From Octopus bimaculoides (lineage: Eukaryota), in assembly GCF_001194135.2 (NCBI RefSeq), contig NC_068984.1, positions 112,956,957 through 112,999,096 on the forward strand: a stretch of 42,140 bases of DNA, written 5' to 3'. Below, in pieces: positions 24,941-37,479 of this stretch; the stretch's first letter is position 1; each line of letters starts with the position of its first letter. The notes below the pieces were generated by a model. The model saw only the letters and a list, made by a program, of their open reading frames with translations. It ran no database searches and had not been told where the DNA came from. A program made the position numbers and the translations under genes.

Positions 24941-25290
24941 AGGAGCGTGGCCTAGCGGTTAAGGTGTTTGGATCATAAATCTAATGTGGTGAATTCAGTT
25001 GCTGGTCTCGCCGACATATTGTGTCGTGGAGCCATTTTCTACCTTTCAAGTTGTTCCAGTATAATCAACTGTGAATGGATTGCAGCTGATTTCCTGGTGC
25101 AGCTGTTTCTCTCTCAGCTGTCACATACTGGATCAAATGTCAGGTGGAGTGAGAGATTGTCTATCAATGCTCGCGATTACATCGGTACCTACAACAATTA
25201 ACATACACACGGTACATGTTATTTACCATGCTATACTCGCCTCGCTCGTGAGTGACGGCTGACTTCATTGACCGGACGTACATCTTACCA
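24941..25290 (+). mobile_element. Diverged tRNA-headed SINE
   Basis: GGAGCGTGGCCTAGCGGTTAAGG A-box head; the body resembles families C and D. Confidence 0.55.
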
Positions 25291-25549
25291 ACTAGTTTGG
25301 ATTAAATATCAGATAAAAAGTAATAATAATGCCATCTTCCATGTACTTCCATATTAATAGAATAGTTGTCAGGTCATACGAAATAAAGGAGGTCTAATTA
25401 AACCGATATGATGAATTATCATTCACAGAAAACATGAAAATTCTGAATATGAACTAATAAATTGGGGAAACTAATAGCACATCAAATTTATTTAGGCATT
25501 GTATATGTTCGTGTCAGTTTGTTCTTCAGCTAATATTTTATGAATTTCT

Positions 25550-26210
25550 AGGGCGACGAGCTGGCAGAAACGTTAGCACGCCGGGCGAAATACTTAGCGG
25601 CATTTCGTCTGCCGTTACGTTCTGAGTTCAAATTCCACCCAGATCGACTTTGCCTTTCCTCATTTCGGGATCGATTAAATAAGTACCAGTTACGCACTCG
25701 GGTCGATGTAATCGACTTAATCCCTTTGTCTGTCCTTGTTTGTCCTCTCTATCTTTAGCCCTTTGTGGGCAATAAAGAAATAGGAAACGTTGGCACGCCG
25801 CGCGAAATGCTTAGCGGTATTTCGTCTATCTTTACATTCTGAGTTCAAATTCCGCCGAAGTCGACTTTGCCTTTCATCCTTTCGGGGTCGATAAATTAAG
25901 TACCAGTTGCGTACTGTGGTCGTTCTAATCGACTGGCCCCCTCCCTCAAAATTTCGGTCGTTGTGCCTAGAGTAGAAAAGAATATGTTATGAATTTCTAG
26001 GGCAGCGAGCTGGCAGAATCGTTAGCACACTGGGCAAAATGTTTAGCAGTATTTCGTCCGTCTCCACGTTCTAAGTTCAGCTTCCGCCGAGGTCGACTTT
26101 GATTTTTATTATTCGAGGTTGATAAAATAAGTACCGTTTGAGTACTAATCGATGTAATCGACTTAACCTCTCCCACGAAATTGTTGGCCTTGGCCCAAAA
26201 TTTGAAACCA
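25550..26210 (+). mobile_element. Family B array: B1/B2 dimer (25550-25981) plus B3 copy (25999-26210)
   Basis: Dimer junction ATAGG-AAACGT at 25785. A 17-bp spacer recurs at 25533, 25982 and 26211. Confidence 0.92.
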
Positions 26211-26332
26211 ATATATTATAAATTTCTCACCAATGTAGCATGAGTCGATTCAGAAACAAGATTCTATGATCAGAATTGAGACAATATCGAGCAGGTTGTC
26301 ATGTACTCATATGTAAAGATGCATCTCTATAG

Positions 26333-26369
<37 letters not shown>

Positions 26370-26619
26370 CATGTCATAGTGTGTGTAATTCCCTTGCATG
26401 TTAATAAATAAGCTACTTGAACCACAAGAAACTGGCAGCTAAGATTGATTTTATGCTAAACTGCCTTTGTCTCTTTTGTAAGGTCGATTAAATATCACAA
26501 AGAACATCCCGATATTCTTTGAAAAAGGCTTTGATGATGTCTACTAAGTCCATCTGAAGTTTATTATCAATGGCTTTGATGGCTTCGTCAGATGAATAGC
26601 AACACTTATATCCATCTCC

Positions 26620-26678
<59 letters not shown>
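26620..26678. repeat. (TTA)n microsatellite abutting the R4/Dong 3' end
   Basis: Direct reading. Confidence 0.95.
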
Positions 26679-27238
26679 GTTCAGTAGTTTTATTTTTATA
26701 ACGTGCTTTCACTTCACTACCGAGCGCAGCTCTGTGTGCCTTGGGTATGTGCTGTGGTTTGCTGTGATGCTCTTATGGTTACTGTATTGAAAGTGTTTTG
26801 CGTAGGATGTGTGCAGTACCCAGTAGTGCAATTTTCTGTATGTTATATATCTTTGTAAGTCCTGGTGTTTTCGTCATGTATTTGTCTGAATATTTTTTTA
26901 TCATACCTAAGGCACCTACTATAATAGGAATTGTTTCTGTTTTTAGATTCCACATTCGAGTAACCTCTATTTACAGGTCTTTGTATTTTGAAAGTTTCTC
27001 CATTTCTTTTAGGGAAGCGTTGTCATCTGATTCATGTTCTTTGACAACTATATCTGGTCTATTGGCCTTAATTTCTCTATCTGTGTGTATTGGCATATCC
27101 CAGAGTATGGTTGCTTTTTCGTTTTCTGTGACCTTTTCTGGTGTGTGTTTATACCATCTTTTTTCTGTTGTTATTCCATAGTGTTGGCATAGCTTTCAGT
27201 GTATATAGGTCCCAGCTCTGTCATGTCTGTGAATATAT
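26679..27238 (-). mobile_element. R4/Dong-type non-LTR retrotransposon 3' part (restriction-like endonuclease domain), degenerate
   Basis: YIHRHDRAGTYIH*KLCQHYGITTEKRWYKHTPEKVTENEKATILWDMPIHTDREIKANRPDIVVKEHE/SDDNASLKEMEKLSKYKDL*IEVTRMWNLKTETIPIIVGALGMIK...LLGTAHILRKTLSIQ*. Shows the RHD, RPD and KE.EK..KY motifs; stop at 26779-26781; 5' part enters the gap. Confidence 0.9.
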
Positions 27239-27638
27239 NNNNNNNNNNNNNNNNNNNNNNNNNNNNNNNNNNNNNNNNNNNNNNNNNNNNNNNNNNNNNN
27301 NNNNNNNNNNNNNNNNNNNNNNNNNNNNNNNNNNNNNNNNNNNNNNNNNNNNNNNNNNNNNNNNNNNNNNNNNNNNNNNNNNNNNNNNNNNNNNNNNNNN
27401 NNNNNNNNNNNNNNNNNNNNNNNNNNNNNNNNNNNNNNNNNNNNNNNNNNNNNNNNNNNNNNNNNNNNNNNNNNNNNNNNNNNNNNNNNNNNNNNNNNNN
27501 NNNNNNNNNNNNNNNNNNNNNNNNNNNNNNNNNNNNNNNNNNNNNNNNNNNNNNNNNNNNNNNNNNNNNNNNNNNNNNNNNNNNNNNNNNNNNNNNNNNN
27601 NNNNNNNNNNNNNNNNNNNNNNNNNNNNNNNNNNNNNN

Positions 27639-27726
27639 CTTCTTCTTCTTCTTCTTCTTCTTCTTCTTCTTCTTCTTCTTCTTCTTCTTCTTCTTCTTCT
27701 TCTTCTTCTTCTTCTTCTTCTTCTTC
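27639..27726. repeat. (TTC)n microsatellite
   Basis: Direct reading. Confidence 0.95.
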
Positions 27727-27850
27727 GTATTTGTTAGGTAGTATGATTTCTTGTTTGTGTTTGCCAGCTTCCTTAAATACATTTCGACTCCGCTAACAGT
27801 TCAGTCATGTCTGTGCTTATCTCTTTCCTGTTATTATTATTTGAAAAGCT

Positions 27851-28280
27851 AAGGCGGCGAGCATGTCGGGTAAGATGCTTAGCGGCATTTCGTCAGTCTT
27901 TATGCTCTGAGTTCAAATTCCGCCGAGGTCGACCTTGCCTTTAATCTTTTTGGTGTCGATCAAATAAGTACCAGTTGAGCACTGGGGTCGATGTAATCGA
28001 CTAGCCCTGTCCCATAAAATTTCAGGCCTTGTGCCTATAGTAGAAAGGATTATTATTTGCAAAGCTAAGGCGGCGAGATAGCAGAATCGCTTGCACGCCG
28101 AACAGGATGCTTAGTGACATTTCTTCCGTCTCTACGTTCTGAGTTCAAATTCCTCCGAGGTTGTCTTTGCCTTTCATCCTTTCGAGGTCGATAAAATAAA
28201 TACCAGTTGCGCACCGAGGTTGATGCAATCTACTTGGATACTCCACCAAACTGCTGGCCTTGTGCCAAAATCTAAAACCA
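27851..28280 (+). mobile_element. Tandem family B pair (B2 tail, then B3 tail)
   Basis: Heads at 27851 and 28067. A 17-bp spacer recurs at 27834, 28050 and 28281. Confidence 0.9.
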
Positions 28281-28563
28281 TTGTTGTTTGCAAGGCTTCC
28301 TAGATTAGTTTGTAAAAATCCTGCTGTTCTCAGATGAGAGACCCTCCCACTAAAGCTTGAAACAGAGTAACTCCTCTAAAATCAACTCCGAGGACCAGAC
28401 GATAGTGTTTCAATGGGGTGAAATATAAACACACATCTATAAAATTGTTCATGAAGCAATGTTTATATCTGTCGTCATCGTGCGAATCATCTTCACTATT
28501 AGTCCTTCTGTAGTTTAAAAAAAATTTTATTATTACTATTTTTTATTCAACAGGTTTATATTC

Positions 28564-29450
28564 ATAGTGCGGTTAAAATATTGTCGTCTAAATTATCCAA
28601 AAATGAAAGTAACATTGACGTCTCGATTTAACAGATATATTTACCAGAATTACATGAAAATATCTTAAAATACTAAAGAGTAAATTTATTCAATAAAATT
28701 GCCATTGGCTTCAACCACGGCCTCCAGGCGACTTCGGAATCTCCTGCAACTCTTCTGGACAGGTCTCCTTGTTTAAGTTGGTGAATACTGCTATAATCCT
28801 TGCCTTCAGTTCATCTTTGATGTTACAAGGAATTTTGCTGTTCTCTCGCTCAACTGCGCCTCACACATAATAATCAAGGGATTGCAGTCTGGGGAGTCAG
28901 GTGACCAGATGTTGGGGGTGATGTTGTCGCAGAAATTGTGTGACAGCTATGACTGGGTTCTCCAGTTTGTGTGGCATGGTGCAGAGTCCTGTTGCCAGAC
29001 ATAAGTTCTTCCAACAGCCACCCTCTTGACCCAAGACAGCACTAACTCCTTCAGGCACTTGATGTAGGCTTCTGTGTTGAGTGTCAGGCCGTATGGGAAG
29101 ATGGAAAGAAAATTGAGAGGAGGCATAACGTCGCCATCACTACCGATCACTCCAAACACCACGATGTTGACTGAATGTTTGATTTTTATCACTCTCGGTA
29201 CATATCCTCAGATTGACACGCAAACACACTGAACTCTGTTTGTATTGGAGCTGCGGGCGCGAATGTCAAGCAGTACAGCATATCGTTTCCAAATTTCTCG
29301 CAGAGTGAATTGCATCTTGATGATGTTTTTTTCTCACAGACTTCGCCCAACTGACCCTACTATATTGTGTAGTCGACAAAATCAAAAACAAGCAATGCAT
29401 ATGCACGAAATTAAAAATATAAAATGGCGACAATTTACCTATCGCACCGT
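28564..29450 (-). mobile_element. Internally deleted DD37D (maT-type) Tc1/mariner transposon
   Basis: N-terminus MQFTLREIWKRYAVLLDIRARSSNTN (ATG at 29315) is joined to IKIKHSVNIVVFGVIGSDGDVMPP..YVWQQDSAPCHT..SPDCNP(L)DYYV*GAVERE..CRRFRSRLEAVVEANGNFIE* (stop 28686-28688). Spacing is D37D after correcting a 1-bp frameshift. Imperfect TIRs at 28564-28588 and 29426-29450 share GTGCG..ATTGTCG. Confidence 0.9.
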
Positions 29451-29460
29451 CTATGTTGAT

Positions 29461-29848
29461 GTTTAATCGGACGAATCAATACCAATTCTTTTTTTTTAAG
29501 CCTTTGTTTTATCGATCTCTTTTGCCAAACTGTCAATTTACAGGGATATAAACAAAAATAAGTACACACAAACACACACACACATGTATGTATGTGTGTA
29601 CGTACGTATGTATGTATGTATGTATGTATGTATGTATGTATATATGTATATATGTATGTATGTATGTATTTGTATATGCATACAGAACAGGCTTCTTTCA
29701 GTTTCCGTTTACGATATCCATACACTTGACATTGGTCTGTCTGGGGCTATATTAAAACACACCTGCCCAAGGTGTGATGCAGTGGAACTGAACCCAAACC
29801 CACACAGTTGGGAAACAAGTTTCTCAACCTCACCGTCAAGCCTGCGCC
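29461..29848 (-). mobile_element. SINE family A, diverged
   Basis: GGCTTCTTTCAGTTTCCGT..CCTGCCCAAGGTG..GAACTGAACCC..CCTGCGCC. Confidence 0.85.
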
Positions 29849-30401
29849 ATACAAATAAATATTCACAATACTTTTTCGTTTTTGTTTTCATTATCCCCCC
29901 CACCCCCACCCCAAAAAAAATATGGCCGATTCTATGCAAGACATTCATTTCAAGGTTCTTTTTCTATGTGATTAACTTACACAGAATTTTATTTCCTTCC
30001 ATTTCGCGACTTCCTGATATATTCTATTAATTGCTGAGATCTCATGTTTTCTAGTTTTTTGTTTTCTTTTATGACAAACGTGATCTCAACTTTGTGATGT
30101 CTACCATTTTTGGTTTACCATATTCTGTGATGGCATTTATAATTTTGCTTTCATATATCTCTCATTTGTTCTGCTTGCAATCCTGCCATAATTTTCTATA
30201 CGCATTTCTTTATATATATCATTGATTATTGCTATTACTCATATATTCAAACATAAACTTTCTTGCTTGCTTTTTTCGTTTTCTTTTCTTTATTTGTTTT
30301 TGCCGCTTTTGCTGTTGTTTGTTTTTTTTCTTTATTCCAGGATTTGATAATACTTTTCAGCATTTCATATATACATACATACGTACATACATACATACAT
30401 A

Positions 30402-30436
<35 letters not shown>

Positions 30437-31525
30437 TNNNNNNNNNNNNNNNNNNNNNNNNNNNNNNNNNNNNNNNNNNNNNNNNNNNNNNNNNNNNNNN
30501 NNNNNNNNNNNNNNNNNNNNNNNNNNNNNNNNNNNNNNNNNNNNNNNNNNNNNNNNNNNNNNNNNNNNNNNNNNNNNNNNNNNNNNNNNNNNNNNNNNNN
30601 NNNNNNNNNNNNNNNNNNNNNNNNNNNNNNNNNNNNNNNNNNNNNNNNNNNNNNNNNNNNNTATATAATCATGTATGCATGTATTTGGGAAGAATGTTGG
30701 TTTTTCTTTTTCTTTTTCTTTTTTTAGTAACGGATTATATTTTCTGCATGAGAGGTTAGTTGGACATTGCCAAATAGTTCTAAATCTCGTCTTGTATTGT
30801 TGTTCACCTTCTCCAGCAGTTGTTTCTTCTGAATATTTTTTTTGTTTGTTTTTGTTTTTCTTTGCCATTCCGTAGCGTCAGTATTCTTTCCTTAATTTCT
30901 TGCATTCATTTCTAAACCAGATATTTTACTTTATATATCTTTATGAATTTTTTTTTTTTTTTTTAAATATACTTGCCTTCAATTGGATTTTAAGTTACAC
31001 GGCTTCAACCCCTTTTGCTTAGAAAACTTCGTTGATGATCTACTTAGCACATTCTGTTTGTTAGTATCATGTCTAGTTTTTATTTATCTTTCCCCACCGC
31101 TTTTTATTTTAAAATTTTTTGATTGACTCCACTTGCATGCTGGGTAATGTTTCAGCTTAGTGACAATCTTGAAGTTCTGCTATCATGAGTCTTCGTCTTA
31201 ATGACATTTTCTTTACTTTATTATTACTATTATTATTTCTTTTTTTCATAAAATCCTATTTGTGTAGGATGCTTACTACCAATATGTTTACGATCTTACT
31301 TTATACCCCGTTTTTGTAACTTTCCCTGATTGATTTTTTTTTTTTCTTGGAAGAAATTTGTGTATAAGAATTATTATGTTTGATGCAGTTGACCTCATCG
31401 ATATCAAATAAACAGTATTTATCCAAATTTTTGCATTATTGCTATTACTAATTTGTAGGAACTTAGTTTTAATAGTTTAATACTAAAAAGATAAACCGTG
31501 TAACTTTCCATTTTCTTTTCCGTAT

Positions 31526-31894
31526 TCTTTTATTCTTTTACTTGTTTCAGTCAAACAAATCGACCCCAGGACTTATTTTTTTAAGCCTAGCACTTATTCT
31601 ATCGGTCACTTATGCCGAACCGTTAAGTTACGGAGACCTGAACACGCCAACACCGGTTGTCGAGCAGTGATGTGGAGAACAAACACAAACACAAACACAC
31701 ACACACATGGATATATATACATAAATATATACGACGGGCTTCTTTCAGTTTCTGTCTACCAAATACACTCACAAGGTTTTGGTCCGCCCGAAACTATAGT
31801 AGAAGACACTTGCCCAAGGTCCCACGCAGTGGGACTTAACCTGGAACCTCGTGGTTGGAAAGCAAGCTTCTTACCACAAATTACCCTCGCGCCT
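31526..31894 (-). mobile_element. SINE family A
   Basis: Collinear reverse complement of 34726-35139, with a deletion in the tail. Confidence 0.9.
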
Positions 31895-33654
31895 ATTTAG
31901 TAATTTAGTTTCATTTAGTGACACGTGTTCCTTCAGAAAATTTTTCCAAATGGATCTGAGATATTGTTATCTTCCCCCTTGATAGCCTCACGAACGGTTG
32001 TATAAGACCATCATTCGTCCTGCATCTTCTATACTACAATATTCTAGGTTTATTCTTTATGATGAAATTTTGGGGAGTGATACCTGCAGAGTGAGAGAAT
32101 TTTCCCTTCTGAACTTCTCTTCAGGTGTTTGTCGGACTGAGCTTAATACGATATTTTGCATTTCCATACTAGACTGATCTGATGTTTAAAGCTAGTCTTC
32201 GTTAATTCATGGATAGATTAACACCATTTGATGAGTTAGTGTATTGATCTTTGATACTAAATTAGCTGTTAGCGACTACTAAGACACTTTATTTGAAATA
32301 TTGCCACACAGAAAGAATTTTCTCTTTTTTTTTTCTTGTTTTCTTTTCTCCACCTGTTTCTTCTTTTTTGTATAACTATCGGTATTTATTTTCTGTTTTT
32401 GATAAATACAAGACCGAAGTAGATGTATGATCTATGAAATTAACTCCAGCATAATACAGTTACAAATGCTATCCACCCCAAAATAAACTCTGACCAAATG
32501 CAAGTTCAAGGTATAGTACGACAAAAACCGCATATAGCAATATGCTTCGTGTTTTGTGGTTTCAATTGAGGACGAGCTCTAACTGAGCTGACCTGTGACA
32601 AAACCAACTATACCAGCTTCTTTCGTCAGGTACATTGCATCTAAAAGAACGTTATCTAACGTCTCCTTCCATTTACAAGCCTGCTTAAGTGTAAGCAGGT
32701 TTGTAGCCGCTACTTGTAACTGGTAAACCGACGTCGCAGTCGCTGACTCTTTGAAATATATAGCAAGATGAATACTTCGCTTTGCACAGTAAATTATCGC
32801 TACTAAATCTCTAATTAACCCTTTCCTGTCCAACTCATTTTCACAAGTTTGTCCTAAACGTCCATGTTTATTTTCAGACTTTTTGGTAGCCATTGTTTCT
32901 AACGTTCTGGGTAAGATAAAGCTTTCCTTTCATAAATCCCAAGTTATTCTAGTGGTTGGAAAAAGTTGGCAATGTGTACCTTGTATGATGCTTGGACGCC
33001 AGGGAAATATGTCTTGTGTATCACATGTAATATACAGGAGAGACAATGGGTTAACACATGAGTGCCGATATGGAACTGCCATATATGAGTTCAGAATGCG
33101 CCCTCTCTCTTGCCATTAGACGTTACTTTCGCCACTTCACGCAGAAAGATCTTATTAAAAAGAGTCGCGACGCTGCCGTTTCTCCACAATGACTGGAATA
33201 TGTTGGCCTCGGCCGTGGTGAAGGTTGGTGTGTGAATAGAAATTCTCTTATCTGAGATTTCAGCTGTTGCGACAACTTCTCTGGCACTAACTTTGTTGTT
33301 TTGGCCATAAACCCAGGAGCTTTACCATACAACACAGAAGAGCTGCTGATGAAAACCTACTAGTTATTAAAAGAGGATTCCTTTTCACGCTGGTTACTAT
33401 TGAGATTTTAATGCCCTTGGTCACAAAACCGTCACTCTCCTCCGTTAAATTCTGATGAAAGTTAGTGTCCGAGGTAAGAAACACGCAATTTGGAATAGTG
33501 AAAGCAACGCATATTGCTGCCCCCATCCCTTCATGGGAAAGCTTGTGTGATTTAAGCCATTGGATATAGATGAGGTTAATTTTTAAGCAGAGGGTATGCA
33601 GTTTATATTATTTGCGTTTTGGCGTTTTCGCTTTGCTGTATACATAATATACTC

Positions 33655-34077
33655 TTTTCTAATCTAGGCACAAGGCCCGAAATTTTGGGGGAGGCGATCA
33701 GTCAATTAGATCGATCCATTACGCAACTGGTACTTAATTTATCGACCCCGAAAGAATGAAAGGCAAAGTCGACCTCGGCGGAATTTGAACTCAGAACGTA
33801 GAGACAGACGAAATACCGCTAAGCATTTCGCCCGGCGTGTTAAAGTTTCTTTTCTACTCTAAGCACAAGGCTCGAAATTTTTTGTTTTTTTCTTGGTGGG
33901 GGGGGGCAGTCGATTACATCGACTCCAGTACGCAACTGGTACTTGATTTATTGACCCCTAAAGGATGAAAGATAAAGTCGACCGCGGTGCAATTTGAATT
34001 CAGAACGTAAAGACAGACGAAATACCGGAAAGCATTTCACCCGGCGTGCTTAACGTTCCTGCCAACTCGCCGCCTTA
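33655..34077 (-). mobile_element. SINE family B dimer (B2/B2)
   Basis: One complete head. Junction GTAGAAAAG-AAAC-TTTAACACGCCGGG at about 33845. Confidence 0.9.
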
Positions 34078-34135
34078 CTGTATACATGAATTGAATAATA
34101 TAAAGTAATAGACAAGAAAAGATATCTTGCATACT

Positions 34136-34567
34136 TACGCAGGCACGGCAGTGCGGTTAGAAGTTTGACTCCCAACCACATGACCTCGAATTCTGTTTAA
34201 CTGAGTGTAAAATTCAGCAAGTGTCTACTATTTTAATCCACGGGGGACCAAAGCCTTGTGAGTGGATTCAGTTGACGGAAGCTGAAAAGAAGCCCATCGT
34301 AGGTATATAAGCATCTGACTCTGTGTGTGTACGTGTGTGCGTTTGCGTTTGTGTTTGTCCTCCACCACTGCTTGACAAATGGGGTTGGTTTGTTTCCGTT
34401 CCTGGAACTGAGCGGTTCGGCATAAGAGATCGATAAAATAAATACCAGGCTAAAAGCGTAAATAAGTACTGAGGTTGATTTGTTCGACTAAAACCCTTCA
34501 AGATGGTTCGACTAAAACCCTTAGCATGGTCGCAGTCCAATGTCTAAAACAAGGAAACGGTAAAAGA
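34136..34567 (+). mobile_element. SINE family A variant, diverged
   Basis: CCAAAGCCTTGTGAGTGGATT, GAAGCCCATCGT, GCGGTTCGGCA, AGCATGGTCGCAGTC. Confidence 0.8.
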
Positions 34568-34725
34568 TGACTGATTAGATTTATTTCACTCTCAAATAGT
34601 AGCATTCTTAATTCGTCACCCAGTTTAACGCCATCACTTAGCACTTCTGTGTTTAACACATTCAACTTAATTGCCGACATTCACACCATGTACCCCACCT
34701 ATTTAAGTTGAACTTATAACACACT

Positions 34726-35139
34726 AGGCGCAGGAATGGCTGTGTGGTAAGTAGCTTGCTTACCAACCACATGGTTCCGGGTTCAGTCCCATTGCGTGGC
34801 ACCTTGGGCAAGTGTCTTCTACTATAGCCTCAGGCCGACCAAAGCCTTGTGAGTGGATTTGGTAGACGGAAACTGAAAGAAGCCCGTCGTATATATGTAT
34901 ATATATGTATATATGTGTATATGTTTGCGTGTCTGTGTTTGTCCCCCCAACATCGCTTGACAACCGATGCTGGTGTGTTTACCTCCCCGTAACTTAGCGG
35001 TCCGGCAAAAGAGACCGATAGAATAAGTACTAGGCTTCCAAAGAATAAGTCCTGGGGTCGATTTGCTTGACTAAAAGGCGGTGCTCCAGCATGGCCACAG
35101 TCAAATGACTGAAACAAGTAAAAGAGTAAAAGAGAAAGA
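34726..35139 (+). mobile_element. SINE family A, full length and near consensus
   Basis: Nearly identical to 14399-14938 outside the internal microsatellite. Confidence 0.95.
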
Positions 35140-35254
35140 GTATACGTTTCATTCATCATTTTCCTACACACATACAAAATCAACAGCGTCAGATTCCTTA
35201 GAAAAGAAGCATAGCGACAGCTTCTCATCCTCTAAGTGGCTAATATAACCTTGA

Positions 35255-35370
35255 ATATCCCATCTTTATTTTCAGATATAGTCTATTTAGCGCGTATTTC
35301 TTTCCTTTTCTTTTAAGACAGTAGGGTATGATATGAGAGAAAAGCATGGCTGCTCTCTCTAGCATGTCTT
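35255..35370 (-). mobile_element. Interspersed repeat family E fragment
   Basis: Reverse complement GCTAGAGAGAGCAGCC..ATCATACCCTACTGTCTTAAAA. Confidence 0.5.
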
Positions 35371-36331
35371 TGCACAGCAGAAAGATGCGCTCATCGTCTC
35401 GAAAAGCAAACAGAAAATTCGTGGCTATTGTCATGTTATTAATGAACAATAGATAGTAACAGTTTAAAAAAAAAAAGGCAAACTACTTTTCAGTGCCTTG
35501 TAGAGAAATTCAAACTGGGTGTTTCCCCTGTTGCATGCTGATTATATTTTGAACGTTTACAGATCTGTAGCTATTTTAAGACAATTTTCTTATTGTATTC
35601 ACAAAGTGTGGGAGTTGTTCTAAATAAACTTAAAACCGTCAACCCATATTTAGTCGCTATCAAATAATCGCCTGGTTTCAGTATCTGCGTGCGTGCGTGC
35701 ATGTGTGTACGTGTCTGTGTACGTAACTGTGTACGAGTTCGTGTGTTTTTAGTAATTATATCTGTGTTTTTGTGCCGATATGCTTGTGTTAGTCTAAATA
35801 CAGTTGCATGTAGGTCTAGTAGAAAAGTTTTGTCTACATGTGTTTCTATGTTTAAAAGCATTGTGTAATAATAGAACAATGTCAGTTTGTATGCATGTAT
35901 AATATGCACATAAAGACATGAATGGGCTTAGCGGAAAAGCCTAAGTTAAACTAAAGAACTAAAGGCTGTGTGCGAGTATGTGTCAATGTACGTGTGTGTG
36001 TGTGTGTGTGTATATGCGTGAATATATGTTTGTAAGCATGAATATATGTGGTATCTGTGCATCTGTGTGTCAGTGTGTATGCATATGTACTTAGGGAAAT
36101 ATTTACAGTCAGCAATATTCATTTTTTATTTGTGATTTCAATTCGATGCACTAAAATAGTCACGTACACAAATATATATATATATGTGTGCGTGTATGTA
36201 TATATATATATATATATGTATATANNNNNNNNNNNNNNNNNNNNNNNNNNNNNNNNNNNNNNNNNNNNNNNNNNNNNNNNNNNNNNNNNNNNNNNNNNNN
36301 NNNNNNNNNNNNNNNNNNNNNNNNNNNNNNN

Positions 36332-36376
<45 letters not shown>

Positions 36377-36738
36377 TATATAGATCCACACGTTCGTTGT
36401 ATAAATTCATACGTGTATTTACATACACAAATACATGCGTGCACACGCACACACATGTTCATATATCTATCTATCTATCTTTCTATCTATCTATCTATCT
36501 GTCTGTCTGTCTGTCTGCCTGCCTGTATGTATGTATGTATGTATGTATGTATGTATGTATGTATGTATGTATATGTATATATATGCATTCACACTTTCTG
36601 TATCTCTCACCTCTATCTCCCTGAACCTGCCCGCTCTCACTTGTAAACTAAACACATAATTATCTGAGTCTTTCCCTCTCTTATATGCACAGGTATAAAG
36701 AACATAATATTGTTACCTTTTCGTACATGTGTGTGTGT

Positions 36739-36810
<72 letters not shown>

Positions 36811-37134
36811 ATATATGGTAAAACCTACAGGGTACGAATAAACATTTTTCTATGCATAAAAATTTCGTAAAGAGTATTCATAAATAATTAGCAATTAATT
36901 AACAATCATGAATTATATATTAATTGATAATTAATAATTAGCTATTAGTTGTTAATAAATATGCCAAGGTGACGTAAAGTGTTACTTATCTGTAGGTGAA
37001 AGCTTTGGAGGGGAAATAAACCATAAAGTAGAAGTCATTTAGTAATTAGGAGAATAATTAGCAAAAGACGATAATTAGTAAGATGGTGCAACGACGCATG
37101 CACGTAATCACATATCTATCTACCTATCTATTTA

Positions 37135-37225
<91 letters not shown>

Positions 37226-37361
37226 CTACTTATCTGACCATCTATCAATGTGTCTGTATGTCTATTTATCTCTTTGCCAGCCTGCCTGCGTGTATATGTA
37301 TGTATGCATGTATGTATGTATATATATGTATATATCTATTTATCTGTCTGTCTGTCTGTCT

Positions 37362-37408
<47 letters not shown>

Positions 37409-37479
37409 GTTTGTTACAACAGCTCCACAACATAAAACGTAAGCAAAATTCTATGACTAAGAGATATTTCTACATATGA

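Noticed and set aside
31950-32260. Possible CR1/L2 RT remnant (LEYCS, SFKHQI on the minus strand)
   Set aside because: The motifs are too short and scattered to call.
32878-32910. Plus-strand 33-nt exon (xFLVAIVSNVL)
   Set aside because: It has strong splice sites but no supporting plus-strand partners; kept only as a caution on pseudo-exon frequency.
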